Part shown: one piece after another, positions 1 to 12,000 of the stretch
Position numbering within the stretch: position 1 is the first letter of the stretch
Layout of the letters: every line of letters starts with the position of its first letter
Origin: Pseudomonadales bacterium
GTDB taxonomy: Bacteria > Pseudomonadota > Gammaproteobacteria > Pseudomonadales > JAUIET01
Length of the DNA stretch: 64,000 nucleotides
NCBI GenBank assembly: GCA_045105115.1
Contig: JBGCDE010000207.1
Location: 20,290-84,289 of the forward strand
Reading direction: 5' to 3'
Position numbers and translations under genes: made by a program
Notes under the pieces: generated by a model
Database searches by the model: none
What the model was told of the DNA's origin: nothing
The model's input: only the letters and a program-made list of their open reading frames with translations

Positions 1-3000
1 GTTTGCGGACCAGCGCCAGTGATACTCAAATTAACCGTTACCGGGCCACCTGCGCCGGTATAGTCCACTCTGTCGAACCCGTTGCCACCTGCCAAGGTGT
101 CGTTTCCGCCGCCACCTGACAAAGTGTCATTGTTTTCACCACCCTCCAGCACGTTAACCCGATCGTCACCACCGATACTGTCAGTACCAGCCGTACCGAT
201 GATATTTTCAACATTGCTGACGATGTCTTCCAGAGCACCGCCCACGCTCACGTTAGCGGGCGTACCCTCACTGAGCTGCACCGAAATACTCGCGCCGTAG
301 CTACTGTAATCCAGCGTGTCAATATCGTCACCACCATCAATAGTGTCATTGCCTGCACCTGCAATTATGTCATCACTGCCAGTACCACCAGTAACGGAGT
401 CGTTTCCGCTGCCACCCTCCAGGGTATCCGCACCTGCCGCACCAATTAGTGTGTCATTTTGACCGCCACCTGAAAGCACATTAGCCAATGTGTCACCGGT
501 TATTTGATCGGCACCACTACTACCAATGACATTTTCAATAGCAGAAATTCTATCGTCATCTGCCAGGCCGTTGAGAGTTACGTCAACTTCGTTGCCACCA
601 TCCAAGGTGACTTCAATGCTGTTCAAGCCGGCGCCTGCCAAGCCTGAATAATCAACCGTATCATTATTCGCGCCACCTTCAAGCGTGTCGCCACCAGTGC
701 TGCCTATGAATACGTCATCGCCCGCTTGGCCCCGCAAGGTATCAGCACCGCCCGCTCCATCAAGAGTGTCGGAACCCAGCGCGCCATCCAATACGTTGAC
801 AAGATTGTTACCACTAATAATATCGTTACCGGCGCTGCCCGTGATGTTTTCGATATTGCTGATGGAATCATCGTCACCATCTACCACAGTAACTGTGGTG
901 GGCGCACCATTGTCACCAAGGTTCACGGAGATGTTAGTGATGCCGCCAAGCGCTTCATAACTTAGCGTATCATTTTGGTTACCGCCGTCCAGGGTATCAA
1001 GCCCGGAGCTTGCGTTAAATATGTCATTGCCGTCAGCGCCACTGACCGAGTCAGCGCCAGCTGAACCACTAATCGTATCGGCCTGGTTACTGGCAATATA
1101 CTGCTCGAAATTACTAAAGAAGCTGGTGTTAATACCGGCTGTGTTAACTGTCGCAAGACCGTTGGCCAAGTCCAATGTCATGGTGTCGGTAATGCCCTGG
1201 TAGCTGAGCACGTCAGCTGTTACATGTGCACCACCATCCAAAGTGTCGGAACCAAGACTGCCAAAGACTGTATCGTCGCCACCACTGCCGTCTATGACGT
1301 TTCCATTGACATCACCGGTTATGCTGTCGTTGCCGGCACTGCCCACTACGTTTTCAATTTGGCTGATCGTCTGCGCGTCTAAACCACCAGCAATCGCTAC
1401 AGTTGCAGCCGTATTACCGCTTAATGTAACAGTAATTGAATTCGCAGCAGAAAAGCTTGAGTAGTCGACTGTATCGGCATCCAGGTTACTGTTACCGCCC
1501 ACCAGTGTGTCCGCACCAGTTGATGCGAAAATAGTATCGTTACCCAAATGACCGTTAATCAGGTTAGCGATATTGTTGCCTGTAATAGAATCTTGCGAAC
1601 GAGACCCAGTGATGTTTTCAAAACCACTGATGGTGTCGTTGGTAACGCCACTGACTATAACAGTAGTGTCTCCGCTGTCTTCCAGGTCTAGAACAATTGC
1701 TCGTGTAGTCTCGTCATAGGTGATGCGATCTGTTTCCGTACCCCCTTCCGCGGTGTTGCCGCCGCCGAAAAACTTAACAACGTCATTGTCAGCACCTGCA
1801 TCAATGACGTTATTCGCGTGCGTACCACGTACATGAATGGTGTCAGTGCCAGCACCGCCATTCATTGTTACGTTGGCGCCATACGAATACAGCTGATCGT
1901 TGCCATCGTCGCCATTAATTTCCATATTTGGCGCAATCCAGAACGTATCATTGCCGGTCGTGCCAGTTATTGTCTCCATGCCGTTAACACGGTCAGTTTC
2001 CGTGCCGCCAATAGTTATGGTGTAGGAGGTCTGGTTCCATGCATCCACACTGAGGATATTCATGTTGACGCTTAAGCCGCTCGCCACACTTGAATAATCC
2101 AGAGAATCGTTCGTGCCCGTGCCGCCGTACACACCATCATTGCCGCCTACCGCAACAAAACTATCGCTGCCGTCCATACCCCAAAGTACGTTGTTGGCAC
2201 CCGTAGCACCCGTCAGCGTATCGTCGCCTGCTGTTGCATAGACGCGCTCGATACCTGTTATCTGGTCATCATCTGCACCAAGGCCACCGTTAACGGTAAC
2301 GGTAGTAGGTGTGGCACTTGCATCTAAACGCAGTTCAATACTGGTCGCACTGCTGTGCGCACGATAATCAATTGTGTCAAATGAGCCGCCGCCGCTGTAG
2401 CTGTCGGCACCCAGACTATCCCGCATCCAATCCCAACCTGAACCGCCCGAGATAGAGTCGTTGCCATCACCGCCATCCAAATCATCGTGGTCACCACCGC
2501 CTTCCAGAGTGTCGTTTCCGGCACCACCACGGATGGTGTCATTTCTATCCAAACCTCGAAGAATATTGTCTTGTGCGTCACCTGTGATGCTGTCAGCACC
2601 AAGACTGCCGTCAAGGTGAATAATATTCGACACAGTATCTGTTTCAGAACCTGCTACAGCCACCGTGAAAACGCCAGAAACTGCACTGCTCATGTCAACA
2701 GTAATAGGGCTGATGGTGTAATCATATGACAAGGTATTGTCGCCAGTACCCCCGTCAAGCGTGTCGTTGCCTTCACCTCCTCTTAAGGTATCGTCGCCTG
2801 CTCCCGCATCAAATACGTTAACTGAGCCATCGCCAGTAATAGAATCATTGCCGCCAGTGCCGATAACATTTTCGATATCATGCACGACATCGTTGTCGAC
2901 GCCGCCGCCATTAACTGTAACTTCTTCCGGCGTACCGCCATTAAGCTCAATCTGAATTGATGTAAACGCTGCATCGCTGTAATCCAGCCAGTCACCATTC

Positions 3001-6000
3001 GTTTGCGCGCCGCCATCAATTTCGTCGGCACCCAGACTTGCAACAATCGTATCGTCACCGTCAAGACCGTGAATATCATTCGCGTCGCCAGAGCCGGTAA
3101 TACTGTCGCCAAAATCAGAGCCGGTAACATGCTCAAAACCACTCAGTGTGTCTTGACCAAGATCACCGTCCTGGGTGGCTTCACCGGCCAGCAAATCAAC
3201 GATAACGCCTTCGCTAGCCGCATCTTCATAACTGACGGTATCTTCAATACCACCGCCGCCGTCCAGCGTGTCATTACCACCACGACCTGCTATCACGTCA
3301 TCGCCTAGTAGCGCCGTAATTTCGTTGTCTTCACTATTACCCGTTAGTTCATCATCACCGTCTTCACTGCCGATGATGTTTTCTATGTCGATCGCCGTAT
3401 CATCGGCCACACTGCTACCGCCAACACCCGCCAGAATGACAGACGCAGTATCCGTGCCCTCGCCTAGGGTTACGGAGACAGACGCCAGGTTCGCCTGATT
3501 TTGATAGTCGATGGTATCGATATCATTACCGCCGTCAAATTCGTTAGCGGCCGAACTTCCAAGGAATAAATCATCGCCGTCTTGACCAAACAAATGGTTT
3601 TCGCTGCCGTCAGCGCCACTCAAGGTGTCAGCACCGTCGCCTGCCCAGAAGTAGTTTACTTGGCCATCACCGGTAAGGGAGTCGTCTCCGGCAGAGCCTA
3701 TCACTCGTTCAACAAAGCGAATGGTATCGGTCTCGTCGGGATCCGCATTAACCAACACGTCAGCATCTGTGCCACCATCTAGGTCAACAGTGATGGAGTC
3801 GCTCGATGCATTCAAATAAGAGTAATCGGCAGTATCTGTTCCACCACCGCCGTCTAGCGTATCGTTGCCCGCGCTTGCGACAAGTCTGTCCCAACCACTT
3901 TCGCCCTGGTACAAATCATCGCCGTCACCACCATCCAAGCGGTCTTCGGCATTACCACCTCTCAGTGTATCGTTACCTACACCACCAATGAGAGTGTCTG
4001 CTTCGTTACCGCCTAAGAGAGAGTCGTTGCCGTCGCCGCCGTCAAGCGAATCAGTGCCTGCATTACCTGTGATTGTATTGTCTTGCGCGTCACCGGTTAT
4101 ATCGTCGTTTCCTGCGGACCCTATCACGTCACGGAAATTAGTAGCCTGATCAGCAACATCGCCATTCACAGCAACGGAGAAAAACCCGCTTGTAACAATA
4201 TTCATATCGGTGGTTACACCGGCTGAAAAATCTTCATAACTGAGCGTATTGTTATCAGCGCCACCATCAAGCGTATCGCTACCCAGTCCACCACGAATCG
4301 TATCGTCACCTGCGCGACCTTCAAGTGTATTTTGCTGAGCATCGCCAAAGATTGTGTCATTGCCTGCCGTACCGATCACGTTTTCTATGGCATAAACTTT
4401 GTCTACTTCGTCGGCACCCACAGTGCGATTTACATTCACATCGGCTTCACTGCCACCGTTGAGTGTTACCGATATAGAGTCAATATCAACTTCGCGAGAA
4501 TAATCGGCGGTATCTACGCCAGTGCCACCGCGAAGTGAATCCTGACCAACTGCACCAACCAAGGTATCAGCACCGTCACCACCATCAAGGTCATTAACAC
4601 GATCATCACCAATAAGAAGATCACCACCGGTACTGCCCACCAAATTCTCGATATCAATCAAGATATCATTAGAGCCGCCCACCACAGTTACTTCGGTAGA
4701 ACCGGCACCATTCAATGTCACCTCAATATGATCGACACCAGGAAGTGGGTCAGAATAGTCAGCCCAGTCAGTGCCAACACCACCGTCAAGCGTATCACCG
4801 CCTGCGCCACCTATAAATGTATCATTGCCAGCAAGGCCTTCAAGCCTGTTCGCGGCACCGTCGCCTTGCAGAAAATCAGAGCCGGCTGTGCCGATTACAT
4901 TTTCAACTTCGGCAACCGTGTCACTGTCACCACCAATTACGGTGACGGCAGAATCACCCGCTCCATTCAATTGAACACGAATTGGATTAGCACCACCAAG
5001 TGAGGAGTAGTTAATGGTGTCAATGCCATTACCACCTTCAAAACGGTTAGCGCCATTGCTGTGCAGGAATTCATCTGCACCTTCACCACCAAGCAAGGTA
5101 TCCTGACCGTCGCCACCACTCAAGGTGTCGTTGCCATCAAAACCTTCAATGCGGTTGTTAAACGTGTCGCCGGTGATTGTGTCAGCACCAGTGGTACCAA
5201 TAACATTTTCGATATTGGTTAAGGTATCGTTGTCAGCGTGCGCTACATTGTTGTCCACCAGCACGGTAGCCGGAGCGGTTCCATTAAGAACCAAATTAAT
5301 AAACGACGCTGTTGTTAGCGTTCGAAAATCAATGGTATCAGCTTGGTTTCCGCCGTCGAGCGTATCGCGCCCCTCACTGGCGCGAAATACGTCTTCCCCA
5401 CCTAAACTATAGACTTCATCAGCACCACTGGAACCAAGAATGGTATCGGCTTGATTAGTCAGGTAGTATTCTTCGAAGTTAACATAGGTGTCTGTACTGC
5501 CATCAGCACTGTAGCTGGCCTGACCGTTGACGAGATCAAGTACAACACCAACACCGCCAAGGTCGTCAAAACGCAACTGATCGGCTGTGGTTTCAGTACC
5601 ACCGTCTAAGAAGTCGCTACCACCGCCGCCCCAAACTGTGTCATCACCTGCACCTGCTGAAATTCGGTTGTCTTCGCCATTGCCACGAATCGCATCGTTA
5701 CTAGCGCCCGTCGTAATGTTTTCGACATCGATCAAGATGTCTTTGTCTGTACCATTGACGGCCACAGTTGTCGCCTGGCTTCCGCCCACGATCGTGTCAT
5801 CAAATGCTATAGCAATAGACGTGACGCCCGCTAACCCGGAATAATCAGCAACATCCTCACCGGCACCACCATCCAATGTGTCGCGGTCGGTTAGGCTAGC
5901 ATTGCCGCTGGCAAGCAGAACGTCGTCTTCAAGCTCGCCTTCGATTAAGTTAGCGCCCGCACCGCCCTGAATTGTATCGGCATGCCGAGAGCCCAGAACA

Positions 6001-9000
6001 TTCTCTATGCCTTCCAACCTATCGACAAATCCGAAACCATCGTCATTGGCACGCAAATTAGACAAGTCAACATTGACGCCATTTACCAACGACAAGGAGC
6101 TGTAGCTTGCGGTATCGACTGTTCCAGCGTGATCGCCACCAATCAATGTGTCAGCACCTTGCAGACCTGCAAGCACATCACTGCCATCTTCACCGCGCAA
6201 TATATTGACCGACGAGTCACCTGTGATCACGTCGCCTTGATCTGAGCCGATGACATCATTTATGTTTATCAAGTCATCTGAAGAACCGTCACCGTCCTGA
6301 AAGGCTTGACCTGCGCCCAAATCGACAATAATTGCACCGGCTTCACTGTAGTCTGCGATATCACGCGACGCACCCGTACCACCATCAAGCGTATCCTGGC
6401 CTCCACGACCACGCAGTATGTCAGCACCCAAACCGCCTTCCAGCAAGTTTCCGCCAACATTATTGTCACCATAAATCAGGTCATCACCATCTGAACCAAT
6501 AATGTTCTCGATATCAATCAGAAAATCTGACGCACCATCACCATCATCACTAGTTCGACCAAGCACCATGTCAACTTCAACACGTGTGTTAGAATTTTCG
6601 TAACTTGCCGTATCAGAGTGATTGCCACCTCGCAAGGTATCTATGCCACCGCCGCCTTCCAGCGTATCACTGCGATTGCCACCATCGAGAACGTTGGCAT
6701 TGGCGTCACCGCGAATCAGATCGTCCTCACCAGTACCGACAACGTTTTCTATACCCTCAAGAACATCTACACCACCATCACCGTCCTGAAGTGCACGCTC
6801 AATGCTAAGGTCGACGGTTACACCCGTACCAGCTTGACTGTAATTTGCAGTATCTACCGTTCCAGCTTGATCACCACCACGCAATGTATCATTGCCAGCG
6901 GCACCATACAGGTCGTCATTACCATCACCACCTTCAAGAACGTTTTCCTGGCCGCTACCAACAATCGTATCGTTGTTGTCTGAACCAATAACATTTTCAA
7001 TAGTTTGCAACTGGTCTGAAGAGTTATCACCATCATCAATAGCCGCACCCAAACCACCACCAACATCAAGGTCTACATTGACCGCATTCGCTGCATCGGA
7101 ATAATCTGCGGTATCAATGTCATTGCCACCGATCAATGTGTCTTGTCCACCCGCACCAATCAGGGTGTCGAATCCATCAGCGCCATCAAGTACGTTATTA
7201 TTTGCATCACCGGTCAATAAATCGTCGCCAGAAGAACCAATGACGCCTTCAATTTCGATCAATGTGTCGATTCGGCCAAAGCCGTCTTCGGTTGCCAGCC
7301 CATCACCGAGGTTAACGGTAACTGCGCCACCCGCAGAATAATCGGCAAAATCGATATCACCATCGCCAACATCGCTGCCGCCATTAAGCGTATCGGCCGC
7401 GGCGCCACCGGCTAATGTATCGTTGCCTTCGTTACCTAAAAGTTCGTTGCTTTCCAGGTTACCTGTAATTTCATCGTCGTTCGCTGAGCCCCATACGTGC
7501 TCAATATTAAGCAGGGTATCGCTGGCCAAGTCGCCATCATTGCTGGCTTCTTCGTTGCCAAGGTCAACGACAATACGACTGCCGACAGAGCGATAATCCG
7601 CGACGTCATCAACACCGGCACCGCCGTCCAGAGTGTCGTTGTCACCGCCACCGCGCAACACATCAGCACCAACCTCACCGCTGATAATATTTCTGCCGCT
7701 GCCGCCACTTAAGGTATCGTCGAAGCGCGAACCACTTAAGTTTTCTATGTCGACAAATGTATCTTCTCCAAACGTGGTTCCTGAAATCAAGTCGCCGTCA
7801 TTGACGGCACGGCCAAGGCCCAAATCGGCCGTTACGGCTGCGCCAGCAAGAGAATAGTCGGCGGTATCCGAACCAAGCGCGCCACCATCAAGAGTGTCAT
7901 CACCAAGACCACCGCGAAGATTGTCATCACCTACTTCACCAAATAGAACATCATTATTCGCGCCACCAAATAGAGTGTCGTCATTGCCTCTGCCCCAAAA
8001 GGTGTTTGCTTCGTCATCACCAATAAGTACGTCAGCACCGCTTGTTGCAACAATGTTCTCAATTTCTCTAATGGTGTCAGTATCGCCACCACCACCGGTT
8101 ACCAGTACAGCACCGGAGCCAGCGCCTTGGAGAATGGCCTGAATATTCTGCACCCCAAGCAAATTCTCGTAGTTCGCTGTATCAACTTGATTACCACCAA
8201 TTAAGGTGTCACGCCCTGCGCTGGCGTTGAAGGTATCAATGCCGTTAAGGCCTTGAAATTCGTTGTTTTCAAGGTCACCAGTGAAGGTATCTGCGCCATC
8301 AGTACCGATAACGTTTTCAATGTTGGTAACCGTGTCGTCGTTCGCTGTGCCAGTGCGATCAATCAGGCCCGGCGCGGAACCTTGTAAGGTAACCGTAATT
8401 GCCGATGCCAGTGACTGGGAATAATCGATGGTGTCGCGGTCATCGCCACCGTCTAGGGTGTCAGCGCCCTCAGAACCCGCGATATTGTCTTCACCATCCA
8501 GTAAGTTAACTACGTCGGCACCGCTCGAACCAATTAATTGGTCTGCTTGGTTAGTGGTGAAATACTCTTCGAAGTTATTAAAAGTGTCTTGCGAACCATC
8601 ACTGGCGTAGTCAGCCGTAGACGCCGCCAGATTAAGCACCACACCGGTATTATCAAGGTCGTCAAAACGCAGCACGTCATTTTCAGGCCCTGCAACGGTA
8701 TTGGTACCACCATCGAGAGTGTCAGAACCGCCACCACCGAAAATTACGTCGTTACCTTGCTCGCCTCTGAGCTCGTTGGCCGCTGAATCGCCGGTAATTC
8801 TGTCGGCGGAACTTGAGCCGGTTACGTTCTCAATACTGTCAAAAGTATCCTGACCCGAGTCACCGTCAGCAGTTGCCCCTGGAATAACCGCGGTCATGTC
8901 GACTGTTATACCCGACCCCGCATTGGTGTAATCAGCAGTATCTCTGCCAGCCCCACCGAATAAAGTATCGTTACCCGCATCACCACGTAAGGTGTCGTTG

Positions 9001-12000
9001 TCCGTGCCACCAAACAGTTGATCCGCATTGGCACCGCCAGACAAGATATCTTCTCCACCCAAACCTCGTAATATATTGGCTTCGCCATCACCTGTGATAG
9101 TGTCGGCTGAGGTGGTGCCTGTGACGTTTTCGATTTCTGACAGTGTGTCTTTGTCAACGCCGTTTATTTGTGAAGTAGCCGGACCTGCGCCTTGCAAGGT
9201 CACGTTCAGTGGGCCGCCGCTAGCTAACGTTGAATAATCAACGGTATCGACACCAAGTCCGCCATCGAAGACGTCTAAACCTTCACTGGTATTAAATAGA
9301 TCGTCGCCTGAAAGGCCGAATACAATATCCACGCCGGCTGATGAATTGGTCACGTCATCTTGATTACTCAAGAAGTACTGCTCGAATTCATCGAAAGTAT
9401 CTGTGCTGCTGTCACCGCCAAAAAATGCTGTTCCAGCGCCCAGCCCACCTACGCCGAGGTTTAGAGTAATACCGGTACCACTTAGGTCGTCGAAGCGCAG
9501 ATCATCATTACCGGCTCCGCCCACCAAACGGTCACTGCCACCGCCACCGCGGATAGTGTCATTACCTAGCCCACCATTGAGCTCATTGGCTAAGGCATCG
9601 CCATTGATGCTGTCATTACCCTGGCTGCCAATGACATTTTCGATCTCAGTGATACTGTCATCTGCCAGACCGCCACCAAAACTAACGCTAGTGGCAATGT
9701 TCTCGTTCAGTGTGACTGTTATAAAATTAGCCGCAGCGAGTGTTGAATAACTGATGGTGTCGGAACCCGCGCCGCCATCTAGAACATCGCCACCGCTACC
9801 GATAAAGTTATCATTACCGCCAAGACCGAAAATAGTGTCTTGAACACTGGAGCCTATCAGTATGTCGCCCTGGTTGGTCGCATAATAAAGCTCGAAATTG
9901 CTAAGCGTATCAATGGTAGCGTCGCCCAGGAAACGCGCTGTGCCATCTTCAATATTCAGCACGATTCCCGCGCCAGTCAGGTCATCGAAGCGAACCTCAT
10001 CGATGGCGGAATCATTACCACCATCCAGCGTGTCAGCGCCACCGCCACCACGAATTGTATCCGCCTCATTGCCACCTAACAGAACATTTTGTCGATGGTC
10101 ACCAATGAGACTGTCAGCATGATCGGTGCCTGTTACGTTCTCAATATTCCACAGCTCATCAATTCCGCCGCGACCATCGCTGCCATTGTTACCAGAAAGA
10201 TCAACAGAGACGCCGGTTGTGGCACCGGCCTGGTAATCAACTGTGTCAATCTGGGTGCCGCCATCATAGTAATCGTTGCCGTCGCCGCCGAGTAAGAGGT
10301 CGTCATTACTGCCGCCATACAGTGAATCATCTCCGGCACCGCCATCTAAAGTATCGTTACCATCATGGCCATCAAGAACGTTCGTGATTAACTCTACAGC
10401 TTCACCGTTTAGGGTGTCATCCCCTCTAGAGCCAATAACGTTTTCAATCAGAGAAATCGTATCATCATCACTTCGGTCACCCGGCGTACCGTTATCGACG
10501 GTCACTGTTGCCTCGTTGGCGCCATCCAAAGTAACGCTTATTGAGTCTACGCCTACAAAATCTGAGTAATCGATGGTGTCGGCATCGTCACCGCCGGACA
10601 ATGAGTCATTACCCTCGCCCGCTTTAAATGTATCCTCACCACGCAAACTTTCAACAATATCGTCACCGAGCCCCGAATAAATCAGGTCATCCTGATTACT
10701 GCTTGCATAGGTTTCAAACCCGGAAAACTGGTCGACACTGCTATCGGCTGCATAGGATGCAGTATTAGATAGAAGCGATAGTGTTACGCCGTCTCCTTGC
10801 AAGTCGTCGAAGCGAAGTTGATCAATACCCAAAGCATCATCGCCACCGCGCAATGTGTCACTGCCGGCGCCGCCAAGAATGGTGTCGCTGCCCAAGCCAC
10901 CGCGAATATCATTGCCAAGAAAGTCACCACCTATGGTGTCATCACCGTCGGTACCAATCACGTTTTCTACATTTCGAACGGTGTCAATCAACGAACTTCC
11001 ACCCATGTCGACTGTGGAAGTTGCATCAACACTAGCAGTAAGTGTTAGATTTACAGACTGAGCGCCCGCTAGGCCTGAATAGTCCAGGGTATCGCCAGCA
11101 TCATCTCCGCCATCGTAAACATTACCACCGACACTGGCTTGCAACAGATCTGAACCCTTGCCGCCATCCAGCGTATCGGGGCCATCACCGCCATTGAGTG
11201 TGTCATCACCCTCAATACCACTAAGCACGTTGCCTGCAGGTAGGTCATCTCCAATCAACAGATCGTCAAAAGTCGAACCGCTAAGGTTTTCGATGCTGTT
11301 ATAGGTATCCAGGCCGCCGTCGCCGTCTATGGTTGATTGACCGGTCGACAGGTCAATTTCTACTGCTCGCTCGGCGAACTCATAACTTGCCGTATCAGAG
11401 CCATCACCGCCCTGCAGCAAATCGTCACCGCCGCGGCCGGCCAAAATATCATCTTCCAGACCGCCGCTAAGCACGTTGTCTTCTTCGTTACCGATCAAGG
11501 TGTCTTGGTGATCGGAGCCGGTTAAATCTTCAATGCCGTCTAATTCGTCACGACCGCCGTCACCGTCATTTGCGACAATACCGCTGGATAAGTCGATATT
11601 TACACCATTACTCGCCAACGAATAATCGGCAGAGTCTCTACCTTCGCCCCCTCGTAAGGTATCGTCACCGGCACCACCTGACAGCACGTCATCGTTACCC
11701 AAACCTTCGAGAACGTTGTCTTGATCGTCACCAAATAGACGATCCGCGCCTTCAGTAGCAATAATATTTTCAACATTTCGCAGCTGATCGTTGTTACCGT
11801 CCGCGTTAGCCGCGTCACCATTTAAAATGACTTCTGCATTGCCAGCACCGCTTAGGGTAACGGCTATCGATCCTGCCTCGGCAAGCCTAGAATAATCGAT
11901 TGTGTCAACGTCGCCGCCACCATCGAAGACGTCCGAGCCAACACTTGCATTAACAGTGTCTTCACCTAGGCCGCCCTCTAGTAGGTCATTACCTAAACCA

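Noticed and set aside
5460-5640. A possible frameshift in the RTX gene near 5520, which would have made it a pseudogene.
   Set aside because: This was my own transcription slip of one base. On re-reading, the sequence translates continuously as ...DFLDGGTETTADQLRFDDLGGVGVVLDLVNGQASYSADGSTDTYVNFEEYYL in the same frame as the start codon. The coordinates also agree with the flanking plus-strand track ORFs.
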